64,000 nucleotides of DNA from Bacillota bacterium (GTDB lineage: Bacteria > Bacillota > Dethiobacteria > DTU022). The notes under the pieces were generated by a model, which worked only from the letters and a program-made list of their open reading frames with translations, had not been told where the DNA came from and did not search any database. A program made the translations under genes and the position numbers. The DNA is taken from assembly GCA_033549065.1 (NCBI GenBank), contig JAWSUE010000001.1:60944-124943 (forward strand), read 5' to 3'. The stretch's first letter is position 1, and each line of letters starts with the position of its first letter. This document shows, piece by piece, positions 48,096-57,006 of the stretch.

Positions 48096-49118
48096 ATGAA
48101 CACACAGGTTAACAAACGTTATGCAAAACAAATACTATTTCGACCGATAAGCAAAAAAGGGCAGACAGCAATTGCTGCGAGCAAAGTTACTATTATCGGC
48201 CTCGGGGCACTGGGAACTGTCAGCAGCAATCAATTGTGCCGGGCAGGTGTAGGTCATTTAAAATTGGTTGATCGTGATTTTGTCGAATACAGCAACCTAC
48301 AGCGACAAATACTCTTTGATGAAAAAGATGCTTCAAAGGTATTACCAAAAGCAATTGCAGCGGCTGAAAAATTATCGGCAGCTAATTCTGAAATAGTTAT
48401 CGAGCCGCTAGTAGCCGACCTGTCACCCGGAAACGCTGAAAAAATTATTGCCGAAAGCAGTCTGGTTGTAGATGGAACTGACAACCTGGAAACACGATTA
48501 CTTATTAATGATGTATGCGTAAAAAATAATATTCCCTGGATTTACGGAGCCGTTCTCGGTTCAGTAGGCATGACCATGAGCATAGTTCCAGACAATACCC
48601 CATGTCTCAGGTGCCACATTGAGCATCTTCCCACCCCTGGTTCAATACCAAGCTGTGACACTGAAGGTGTCCTTAGCATGGCAACCGGAACCGTTGCATC
48701 AATACAAAGTGCCGAAGCATTGAGGCTGCTTGTTGGTCTTGAGCCAACACAGGGTATGTTATATATCGATATATGGGACAGGGATTTTGAGACAATTCAT
48801 GTTGAAAAAAGGAAAGAATGCCCCACCTGCGGAAAAAAAGTTTTTGATTTTTTAAACGGTGAGAGTTATTCCTGGACAACAGTTCTATGCGGACGGAATG
48901 CGGTTCAGATTATGCCTCCGGCAGAAAAAAAGATTGATCTCAAAAGGCTTTCCGAGAGATTAGAAGCTATCGGGAAAATAGCTTACAACGGATATCTGCT
49001 TACCCTGCAGGTTGAGAATAAGGAGATTGTTCTCTTCCCAAATGGAAGAGCAATCATTCATGGAACAGATAATGAAGCCGAAGCACGAACCATTTTTGCC
49101 AGATATATTGGAATTTAA
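48096..49118 (+). CDS. ThiF/MoeB/HesA-family E1-like adenylyltransferase
   Basis: 340-aa ORF. Nucleotide loop IIGLGALGT, motif NLQRQILF, two CxxC pairs (CLRC, CPTC), and a ~90-aa C-terminal domain as in long Bacillus-type ThiF/MoeB. Confidence 0.85.
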   Translation: MNTQVNKRYAKQILFRPISKKGQTAIAASKVTIIGLGALGTVSSNQLCRAGVGHLKLVDRDFVEYSNLQRQILFDEKDASKVLPKAIAAAEKLSAANSEIVIEPLVADLSPGNAEKIIAESSLVVDGTDNLETRLLINDVCVKNNIPWIYGAVLGSVGMTMSIVPDNTPCLRCHIEHLPTPGSIPSCDTEGVLSMATGTVASIQSAEALRLLVGLEPTQGMLYIDIWDRDFETIHVEKRKECPTCGKKVFDFLNGESYSWTTVLCGRNAVQIMPPAEKKIDLKRLSERLEAIGKIAYNGYLLTLQVENKEIVLFPNGRAIIHGTDNEAEARTIFARYIGI

Positions 49119-49390
49119 TATACTCCATCGCCCTGCATCATCTCGGCAACCAATAACTGGTTATCATCATTTCCGAGAATTAGAACCGTTTCTGTTCCGA
49201 CTTGTTTTATAGACCGGGCACATTTTCTGATATAAGGCAGATAGGAAATCTGGGCCAGGGTCCCCTTTGTCTTCGGAAACAGGTATCCGGCTATTAAAAC
49301 CAGCTCGGGTCTTTTATCAATTACAACCCCGACCAGCTGTACCCATTTTTCTTCAGACTGATGAATATCAACAAGCACAAGTATATGCAT
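49115..49390 (-). pseudogene. possible truncated metallophosphoesterase N-terminal fragment
   Basis: 91-aa ORF. HILVLVDIH and VLILGNDDN resemble calcineurin-like phosphoesterase motifs I and III, but motif II is degenerate (AGYL) and the C-terminal half is missing. The 3' end overlaps the convergent thiF-like gene by 4 nt. Confidence 0.3.
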
Positions 49391-49511
49391 TTTAATCGAC
49401 TCCCTGCTGACTATTATATAAATAAATATGAATCTTACTCGGGTTACAATGAATTATATAGCACGCGTCTATTTATTGTGTATGATAAAATCATTACAGG
49501 AGGTTTTTATT

Positions 49512-49673
49512 ATGGGAGACCTTGAAGATAAAATTAAAGAGTTAAAAAGAAAAATAGAAGATATTAAAAAGCGCTGGCCATCCCATTCTCCAAAGGTGTC
49601 AATGTTTCAGGAACTGGAAACTCTTGACTTTGAATTGGAAGCATTAGAGAAATTAAAAACAACACAAAGATAA
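49512..49673 (+). CDS. small coiled-coil protein
   Basis: 53-aa product MGDLEDKIKELKRKIEDIKKRWPSHSPKVSMFQELE... starting after ACAGGAGG. The ORF-track start at 49428 lacks an SD. Confidence 0.5.
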   Translation: MGDLEDKIKELKRKIEDIKKRWPSHSPKVSMFQELETLDFELEALEKLKTTQR

Positions 49674-49730
49674 AATATAGACAATAAGAAAGGCAGTGTG
49701 TTCACGATTTGAATCAATGGTTTTCGTTGA

Positions 49731-50579
49731 TTATCTAATACCATTTTTATTGTCAATGTAAAGCCTGGTTAGTTCTCTTCTAAGGTAGTTAAAAGCTCCT
49801 TCAACTGAATCACAAAACTCTATTAACTTGAGATCTTCTTTACTGATTGTGCCATATTTAGCCATTGCGCTAAAATTAATTACCTGGTTCCAGTATTCAG
49901 AGCCGTAAATTACAATTGGCATTTCTTTCAGAACTTTTTTTGTCTGGATCAGGGTCAGCACTTCAAAAAGCTCATCCAATGTCCCGAATCCCCCGGGGAA
50001 TATGACCAGGGCTTTCGCCAGATAGACAAACCAAAACTTACGCATAAAAAAATAATGAAACTCAAAATTCAGATCAGGTGTAATATAAGGATTCGAATAC
50101 TGTTCCATGGGTATACTGATATTCAATCCGATTGATTTTCCGCCAGACTCGATAGCCCCCTTGTTGGCCGCTTCCATCATTCCAGGTCCGCCTCCGGAGC
50201 AGATTACAAAACGATGACTTGATTCCAGCGATTTTGACCAACTAGTCAGGCACGATGCCAATTCAACCGCTTCGTCATAATATTTACTCAGAAACATCTG
50301 GTGGCGGGCAAAGTCCAATTCCTCACGGATCGCTTCATCCAGCTGTTTGCTATTACCTGCCATTTTACTCTCGATTGATGCAAGTTTACTGGCGGCCTCA
50401 TCCCTATTAATTGTCCTTGCTGACCCAAAAAAAACAATTGTATCATATACTTTTTGCTCCCGGAAACGCTTCATCGGTTCTAAAAATTCAGATAAGATGC
50501 GGATGATCCTGGCATCAGAGCTGTTAAGGAATTCTAAGTTTTTATATGCTTTTTCCGGCTTGGTTATATTATTTTTCAT
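49731..50579 (-). CDS. LOG-family (TIGR00730) nucleotide phosphoribohydrolase
   Basis: 282-aa ORF. Motifs GGGPGMMEA and PGGFGTLDELFE. Confidence 0.85.
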   Translation of the reverse strand: MKNNITKPEKAYKNLEFLNSSDARIIRILSEFLEPMKRFREQKVYDTIVFFGSARTINRDEAASKLASIESKMAGNSKQLDEAIREELDFARHQMFLSKYYDEAVELASCLTSWSKSLESSHRFVICSGGGPGMMEAANKGAIESGGKSIGLNISIPMEQYSNPYITPDLNFEFHYFFMRKFWFVYLAKALVIFPGGFGTLDELFEVLTLIQTKKVLKEMPIVIYGSEYWNQVINFSAMAKYGTISKEDLKLIEFCDSVEGAFNYLRRELTRLYIDNKNGIR

Positions 50580-50641
50580 AGTCCCTCCTCAGTTTATTCT
50601 CAAAGTAAATTATCAATCAGTTTATAAATAAGTTGACAAGA

Positions 50642-51619
50642 TCAGTCAAATACCTGGGGGTTTAAAATGTTTTCCGGAATTTTACCGGAAAAGATTTCGC
50701 ATATACTTCCGGCAGCCAACTCTGCCATCGCATTTCTGGCTTCAACTGTGGCACTACCCAGATGAGGTAACAAAACTACATTATCCAGTTCTGCAAGGCC
50801 GGGAGTAAGCTTTGGCTCATGCTCATAAACATCAAGAGCAGCCCCGGCAATGTTACCGGATCTTAAGTGTTCGACCAGCGCTGATTCATCAATATGCGCG
50901 CCCCTGGCTGCATTAATAAGGTAAGCATCATGCTTCATCATTTTAAGCCGCTCTTTATTAATCAGATGGTGGACCTTATCAGAATACGGAAGATGCAAAG
51001 TTAAAATATCTGCAGTTTGGATCAACTCATCAAGTGACAGGTAGGTAGCCTCCAATTCATCAGCCAGATCATCCGGGAGTGGATTGCGGTTGTAATACAC
51101 AATATTCATTCCAAATCCAACCGCTCTACGGGCTACAGCCTGACCGATCCTTCCCATACCGATTATTCCTAATGTTTTACCCTTTAATTCAAAACCGACA
51201 AACAGGAGAGGATCCCATCCGGTGAAACTTCCTTCCCTGGTGTACTTATCAGCTTTTACAACATGCCTGGCGACTGAGAGAATCAATGCAAATGTTGTAT
51301 CAGCAGTTGCTTCAGTCAGTACGCCGGGTGTATTTGTAACCGCCACCTTCCGCTCTGAACAGGCAGAAATGTCAACATTGTCTGTACCTACAGCAAAATT
51401 GGAAACCACCTTTAACCGGGGTGCCATTTTCAACACATCAGTATTTACCTGATTGCAAAGCATGGTTATTACACCGTCAACATCTTTAATACCTGCTTCA
51501 AACTCAGCCTGATTCATGGGACGATTTTTTTCATGCATTACATATTCAATATTGTTATCTTCCAGTATTTGCAGACCTTTATCAGGTATCCTGCGGGTCA
51601 CCAAAACCTTATAAACCAT
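50642..51619 (-). CDS. D-isomer-specific 2-hydroxyacid dehydrogenase (glyoxylate/hydroxypyruvate reductase type)
   Basis: NAD loop GIIGMGRIGQAV and catalytic-region motifs NAARG and PHLGSAT. ATG 51619 follows GAGGAGG and is preferred to the ORF-track start at 51643. Confidence 0.85.
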   Translation of the reverse strand: MVYKVLVTRRIPDKGLQILEDNNIEYVMHEKNRPMNQAEFEAGIKDVDGVITMLCNQVNTDVLKMAPRLKVVSNFAVGTDNVDISACSERKVAVTNTPGVLTEATADTTFALILSVARHVVKADKYTREGSFTGWDPLLFVGFELKGKTLGIIGMGRIGQAVARRAVGFGMNIVYYNRNPLPDDLADELEATYLSLDELIQTADILTLHLPYSDKVHHLINKERLKMMKHDAYLINAARGAHIDESALVEHLRSGNIAGAALDVYEHEPKLTPGLAELDNVVLLPHLGSATVEARNAMAELAAGSICEIFSGKIPENILNPQVFD

Positions 51620-51792
51620 TGGCTCTGCCTCCTCAAACCACATTCATTCCACACTATAAATACTGCCAGTTACCACTTAAATACCAAACATAACATATTA
51701 TTTCCTGCTTTTATTGAAAACTAATACAGGAATAAATTTATTAATGATGAAATTTTCCCATGGATAACGATAATTAAGGGTGTGAAATTAAC

Positions 51793-53160
51793 TTGAATAT
51801 AACGGAGATAGATTATCGACGGTTCAGACACCTGAATCAGAAACCGGTGAAAGACGGACAGGTGTTGTACTGGATGAGCCGCGATCAGAGGATAAATGAT
51901 AATTGGGCGATGCTTTATGCACAAAAACTGGCACTTGATTACCAAAGGCCTTTGTCGGTAGTCTTCTGTCTTGCCCCACAATTTCTTGGTGCTATTTTAC
52001 GCCAATACAATTTTATGATCGAAGGTTTAAAAGAACTTGAATCCGGGTTTAACAGATTAAATATCAATTTCTACCTGCTAACCGGCCAACCCGAAGAAAC
52101 TCTTCCCCGTTTCTGTAATAAAAGGCAAGTTGGGGTATTAATCAGCGATTTTTCCCCCCTTCGTATATCAAGACAGTGGAAAAAGAATGTAACTGAAAAC
52201 CTAAATTGCGCTTCTATTGAGGTAGATGCTCACAACCTTGTCCCCTGCTGGTATGCATCGCCAAAACAGGAATATGCCGCTTATACATTCAGGCCAAAAA
52301 TAAAAAAACAAATCCCCGGATTTCTGGGACCTTTTCCGGAAATCATTAAACATCCATTTCTGCTACCAGAAAAGGCTAAAAAAACTGATTGGCTAAAGAT
52401 TAAAGATAAAATAAAAGCAGCCAATTCTGAATATGACAGCAACAGCTTTCAGACAGGTGAAAATGCTGCGCATAAAGCGATGGAGAAATTTATCATATAT
52501 AAACTTGCCCGATATGAACGAGACCGAAACGACCCAACCTTAAGCGGGCAGTCCGATTTATCTCCCTACTTGCATTTTGGTCAGTTGAGCGCCCAACGGC
52601 TCGCCTATGAAGTCCAGAGGGCAGAGGAGCCGGGTATAGATGTTTCATCATTTTTAGAAGAACTAGTGGTTCGCCGTGAGTTATCAGATAACTTCTGTTA
52701 CTTTAATCAGGCCTATGATTCGATCCATGGTTTTCCTAAATGGGCGAAAGAATCTCTGGAAGCTCACGCAGAAGATCCACGGGAATATATATACAGGGTT
52801 GATGAATTCGAATCCGCGGCAACACACGATCCTCTCTGGAACGCGGCACAAAAAGAAATGTTGGTAAAAGGGAAAATGCACGGTTACATGCGAATGTACT
52901 GGGCAAAAAAAATACTGGAGTGGTCAGAAAGTGTTGAAGAAGCACTGAGAACAGCAATATATCTAAATGATAAATACTCCCTTGATGGACGCGACCCAAA
53001 CGGATATACCGGAATTGCCTGGTGCATCGGGGGTGTACACGATCGGGCCTGGGCAAACCGACCGGTATTCGGCAAAATCCGTTACATGAGTTATAAAGGC
53101 AGCAGATCTAAATTCAATATTTCGACCTATATTAAACTGGTTGATTCACTTTACAGTTGA
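51793..53160 (+). CDS. phr: class II CPD deoxyribodipyrimidine photolyase
   Basis: 455-aa ORF with TTG start. Long collinear similarity, as I recall it, to the Methanosarcina mazei/animal class II enzymes (YWMSRDQR, SDFSPLRI, VDAHNLVPCW, LSPYLHFGQ, GKMHGYMRMYWAKKILEWS, LDGRDPNGY, IGGVHDRAW). Confidence 0.9.
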   Translation: MNITEIDYRRFRHLNQKPVKDGQVLYWMSRDQRINDNWAMLYAQKLALDYQRPLSVVFCLAPQFLGAILRQYNFMIEGLKELESGFNRLNINFYLLTGQPEETLPRFCNKRQVGVLISDFSPLRISRQWKKNVTENLNCASIEVDAHNLVPCWYASPKQEYAAYTFRPKIKKQIPGFLGPFPEIIKHPFLLPEKAKKTDWLKIKDKIKAANSEYDSNSFQTGENAAHKAMEKFIIYKLARYERDRNDPTLSGQSDLSPYLHFGQLSAQRLAYEVQRAEEPGIDVSSFLEELVVRRELSDNFCYFNQAYDSIHGFPKWAKESLEAHAEDPREYIYRVDEFESAATHDPLWNAAQKEMLVKGKMHGYMRMYWAKKILEWSESVEEALRTAIYLNDKYSLDGRDPNGYTGIAWCIGGVHDRAWANRPVFGKIRYMSYKGSRSKFNISTYIKLVDSLYS

Positions 53161-53376
53161 AATGCTATTCCTCTGAATTTCGATCCAGTTAATTTATACA
53201 CTTGTGATGACAAACTTTCTGGGTTTATAATAGTGATATCAAATCTAAATTTATATAATTATGACAGACCACTGCATGGAAAAAGTTTAATGGGGGTGAG
53301 AATGAGCGGTACGCCGAAAATCTAATGGGCTCAATTTGGTTATGTTGTGTTTAATCCATTGGAGGAGGCAATTAAG

Positions 53377-54981
53377 ATGGAAATGGGTTCTTATCAGTAC
53401 GGTGGCATGGTGTTAATCGGAGTTATCATCTATATGCTTGTTATGCTCGGCATCGGATGGTGGAGCTCTAAAAGGATTAAAGACAGTACTGATTATATCG
53501 TTGCTGGTCGGCGATTACCCCTCTTCTTAACAATCGGCACTCTTTTTGCTACATGGTTTTGTGCCGGAACCCTCATGGGGGCAACTGCCCAGTCTTACCT
53601 GTTTGGAAACCAGGGGGTGATTTTTGACCCCTGGGGAGCAGCTTTATGCCTCGTTCTTGCCGGAATATTTTTTGCCCGACTGATGAGGCGCGGTGGGTAC
53701 CTGACCCTGGTCGATTTTTTTGATATCCGCTTCGGAAAAAAAATGGGGTTTGCCTCTGCCATCGTCCTGGTCATCGCTGAAATCGGCTGGGTTGGGGCAC
53801 AATTGGTCGCCTTCGGTACAATTCTACAGATTTTCACCGGTTTACCCCTTGCGTATGGAATCATCATCTCCTGTGCGGTTCTGATACTCTACACGTACCT
53901 GGGTGGGATGTGGTCGGTAACTCTAACAGACGTTGTTCAGATGGTAATATTAATTGTCGGAATCCTGGTCATTCTCCCCTATGCAATTGATCATATCGGA
54001 GGCTGGGGTTATTTCTTTGAACATGCCAGCAACTGGGGTGAACTGCCTGCATTTTCAATGGCTCCCACAGCTGAAGAAGGTTATCTCTGGTATTTCGGGG
54101 TACCTGGTTGGTTTTATTACATTGGAGCCTGGATGGCCATAGGTTTGGGCAGTATACCTGCCCAGGACCTGATGCAGAGACTTCTCTCCGCCAAAGATGA
54201 AAAAGTAGCCGTTGTTGGCTCCTATGTATCGGGAGCTCTTTACATTGTGGTAGGAATGATCCCGGTAATTTTAGGTATAGTTATGTTCGAAATAAATGCA
54301 GAACTTACGATTCCGGAAACTGAGATGATCCTTCCCTGGCTGGCCATCCAGTACCTGCCTCCGATCCTTACTGTTATCTTCGTCGCAGGAATGGTTGCAG
54401 CATTGATGTCCAGCTCAGACAGTGCCCTGCTGGCGGCATCATCTATTATTGGTTACAACGGATTTAAATATGTGAAACCTGAGGCTACCGGTGAGGAAAC
54501 ATTAAAGATAACCAGGTTATTTGTTCCAATTATAGCGATTAGTTCACTTTTACTGGCGCTTTATGCCGAAACGATTTACATGCTGGTTGTTATTGCCTGG
54601 TCGATTATCCTGGTCGGCCTTTTTGCCCCCTATGCGGCAGGTTATTTTTGGAAAAAGTGCAATGAGATGGGTGCCCTGATTGCCCTGATTGGCGGATTCG
54701 TTTCGTGGATCATTCTGAGCTACTACTATTTCTATGCAGAAACAGCAGAAGCCAATATAGGGATCATAGAGGAAGGGGTTGTATATACTGAATGGGCTAT
54801 CTGGGATGCAGTTTATATAGCCTCAGTTCCGGCTTTCCTTATCTCCATTGTCCTTATGATTGTGGTTTCCTTAGCGACCCAGAAAGGAGATCCGGCCAAA
54901 CCTCTTGCTGATATGAACGGCAACCCGATGAAACTCGTCAATTGGCTCGGTTGGAGTTTTGGCAAAAAGAATCACAGCTAA
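53377..54981 (+). CDS. sodium:solute symporter (SSF) family transporter
   Basis: 13-14 predicted TM helices. SSF N-terminal motif DYIVAGRRLPLFLT. ATG 53377 follows GGAGGAGG and is preferred to the ORF-track start at 53347. Confidence 0.85.
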   Translation: MEMGSYQYGGMVLIGVIIYMLVMLGIGWWSSKRIKDSTDYIVAGRRLPLFLTIGTLFATWFCAGTLMGATAQSYLFGNQGVIFDPWGAALCLVLAGIFFARLMRRGGYLTLVDFFDIRFGKKMGFASAIVLVIAEIGWVGAQLVAFGTILQIFTGLPLAYGIIISCAVLILYTYLGGMWSVTLTDVVQMVILIVGILVILPYAIDHIGGWGYFFEHASNWGELPAFSMAPTAEEGYLWYFGVPGWFYYIGAWMAIGLGSIPAQDLMQRLLSAKDEKVAVVGSYVSGALYIVVGMIPVILGIVMFEINAELTIPETEMILPWLAIQYLPPILTVIFVAGMVAALMSSSDSALLAASSIIGYNGFKYVKPEATGEETLKITRLFVPIIAISSLLLALYAETIYMLVVIAWSIILVGLFAPYAAGYFWKKCNEMGALIALIGGFVSWIILSYYYFYAETAEANIGIIEEGVVYTEWAIWDAVYIASVPAFLISIVLMIVVSLATQKGDPAKPLADMNGNPMKLVNWLGWSFGKKNHS

Positions 54982-55013
54982 TCGCCTTTCATCAGAAGCA
55001 TTTCATAGGTAGC

Positions 55014-55036
55014 GGGGCAGCTTTAAAAGCTGCCCC
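55014..55036. terminator. bidirectional rho-independent terminator
   Basis: Perfect palindrome GGGGCAGCTTT-A-AAAGCTGCCCC between convergent genes. Confidence 0.75.
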
Positions 55037-55087
55037 TTCAAGTATTTTAAGAAATTAAATAGTTCGTTGTGTTTGAGTTATTTCGAA

Positions 55088-55438
55088 TTAATTACTCTTG
55101 TTTTTATTAGCAGAAGGTTCGATGCCTTCACCTATTGCGTTGTTTACATTTTGCATGAGCTGATCAAAATTGCTGCGTGCTTTGGCATAAGCCTGGATAG
55201 TAAGGCTGGTGTCCATTTTGCCTTTTATTTCGTTAAACTGATCAATCTGCTCCTGGCTGGGCTGTACACCTGATTGTTGAGAAAACTGTATCTGCTGCTG
55301 GACTTTTTGTACTTCTTCAACAAGCCGGTTAGCTTCGGGATCTCCCTGAACGTTCTCAGAAGTCCTATTTAACTCCCGAAATTCCTCCGACTTTCGTATT
55401 TCCGCTCCCAATTCCTTCGCTTTCTTTATTATATCCAC
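55088..55438 (-). CDS. YlbF/YmcA (YheA) family regulatory protein
   Basis: 116-aa helical ORF. N-terminus IIKKAKELGAEIRKSEEF and Gln-rich centre are typical of the UPF0342/YlbF family. Confidence 0.7.
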   Translation of the reverse strand: MDIIKKAKELGAEIRKSEEFRELNRTSENVQGDPEANRLVEEVQKVQQQIQFSQQSGVQPSQEQIDQFNEIKGKMDTSLTIQAYAKARSNFDQLMQNVNNAIGEGIEPSANKNKSN

Positions 55439-55511
55439 AAATCATCCTCCTCAATATTTAATGCAATACTGCCTTCTTGTTCTGTATCACTAAATCCTTT
55501 AACTTTCATAG

Positions 55512-55824
55512 ATTTTTCATATCACGACTGTTAAGTTGATAAATGATCTCAACCTTATTCTCCAAAGCTACTTGATTGCTCAGGGTTTTCAAGCCGCATA
55601 TGTACCCGCTAGGCATAACTTTGCCAAAAAGACTCTTCTTAGCGACTGGTCGCGCCGCAGTGCAGCATATATTGACGGGCTTGGCACTTTCGGTCTTAAT
55701 CATATGCTTATAACTGGGAAAGAATGCTGAAAAATATAATACCCTTGTGAGTATTGCCGAAGTTTGCAGTAAATGCCTGATCGGAGTACCATGTTCCACA
55801 GCAGCTCCGAAATTAGACGTATAG
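55512..55824 (+). pseudogene. remnant of a QueG/RdhA-superfamily Fe-S protein gene
   Basis: Open frame 55512-55730 encodes ...SDWSRRSAAYIDGLGTFGLNHMLITGKEC*, resembling the SxRxAAxxAGLGxxG core of epoxyqueuosine-reductase-like proteins. A second frame (55726-55824) encodes ...VCSKCLIGVPCSTAAP*. Total length is about one third of a normal gene. Confidence 0.3.
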
Positions 55825-55845
55825 CAAAAATCCATTTTACGGTTA

Positions 55846-56681
55846 TTACGCAGCCCCGTAGCCGGTCATACCACCAGCCAGATGGCTGATTTTTTTAAAC
55901 CCCTTCTGCTTAAGAATGCTTGCAGCGAGACTCGACCGAAAACCGGTGCTGCACAATAAGATCAAATGGAGTTCAGCATTCAGTTCCACGTAGCGGGAAC
56001 GTAATTCCTGTACCGGAACATTAACAGTGCCTGAAAGATGGCCCTGTTCATATTCCTGGGGAGTCCGGATATCAACCAGACAAACATGGTCATATCCATT
56101 TTTTATATTTTTGATATCCCGGGCTGAAATGAGTGGTGCTGTATTAAAATCCTTGCCACCCATGGCCCATTCTGCAATTCCGCCGGAAAGATACCCGGCT
56201 ATGCGATCCATCCCAACCCGGCGAGCCCAAAGCTCGGCGGCCCTTGCATCGTCAGTATCTTCAGTTACCAGATAGATTTCTTTATCGGGAGGAATTACCC
56301 AACCAAGATAGATCGGAAAATTTCCGCCTATACCGATGTTATAAGAACCGGGTATATGGAAAGCTAAAAAAGCTGCATATCTTCAATTTCTATAATATCA
56401 TTTTCAACAACTGCTTCATGCTCAAAAGTACACCCGGCAGCTTTCGGAACATATACGGGAGCACCGGTCAGCTCGGCAAGGTCCATATGGCCGGAAACAA
56501 AATCTGCATGGAGGTGAGTATGTATAATGTGAGAAATTGTAGCCCCCCTGCGTTTTGCTTCTTCAATATAGATAGTGACATCCCGCTGGGGATCAACTAC
56601 AGCGCTGATTTTGTTTCCGATCAGCATGTAGGAACTATGGGCAATTTTATCCAAATAAAAGTGTTTTATAATCATCGCCAT
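55846..56681 (-). pseudogene. CstB-like MBL-fold persulfide dioxygenase/rhodanese gene with internal deletion and frameshift
   Basis: The 5' piece (56681-56364) encodes the MBL N-terminus with HTHLHADFVSGH and stops after IEIEDMQLF. The 3' piece (open from about 56385, offset frame) encodes HIPGSYNIGIGGNFPIYLGW... plus a second rhodanese with CSTGFRS. About 230 codons of the MBL domain are missing. A T6 run lies at the junction (56366-56371). Confidence 0.65.
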
Positions 56682-56691
56682 TCCCCCCTGT

Positions 56692-56976
56692 TTAGTAAAT
56701 ACTCCTGCTATAAAGAAATCCAATAACTGAAAGTACGGCAGATAATGAAGCTCCCCATACAATATCTACAAATACAACCGCATAAGGCCAGTCCTTTATT
56801 GTCGCCAGGTTGCTGAGAAAGATAAAATATTATTGCCGCTGCCCAGTTTATCCTGGGAGCCATTAAAAACCCCAGCTGCTGTTTATAGAAATTTTTTGCC
56901 ACCAATCCAAGCCAGATCATATCAATCAGGAAAAAGCACCCAGTATAACCAGATAAATTTGAAGAGCCTTTAGCAT
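56692..56976 (-). pseudogene. DUF2177-family membrane protein gene remnant
   Basis: Three pieces in two frames: MLKALQIYLVILGAF (from ATG 56976, after CCAGGAG), FLIDMIWLGLVAKNFYKQQLGFLMAPRINWAAAIIFY, and LSNLATIKDWPYAVVFVDIVWGASLSAVLSVIGFLYSRSIY*. The central ~35-40 residues of the family are absent. Confidence 0.5.
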
Positions 56977-57006
56977 CTCTTAAACACTCCTGGATTGGTC
57001 TTTTTA

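Noticed and set aside
53161-53376. Possible riboswitch or leader peptides (three 8-11-codon ATG ORFs) upstream of the SSF symporter.
   Set aside because: The mini-ORFs lack SDs. I see no conserved riboswitch core or terminator/antiterminator pair. It is probably just a promoter region (TTGTGA-N17/18-TATAAT near 53203-53232).
55506-55835. Minus-strand 109-aa ORF from the track.
   Set aside because: It has no SD or motif. The opposite strand encodes a recognisable SxRxAAxxxGLGTFG Fe-S protein fragment, so this ORF is most likely an antisense artefact.
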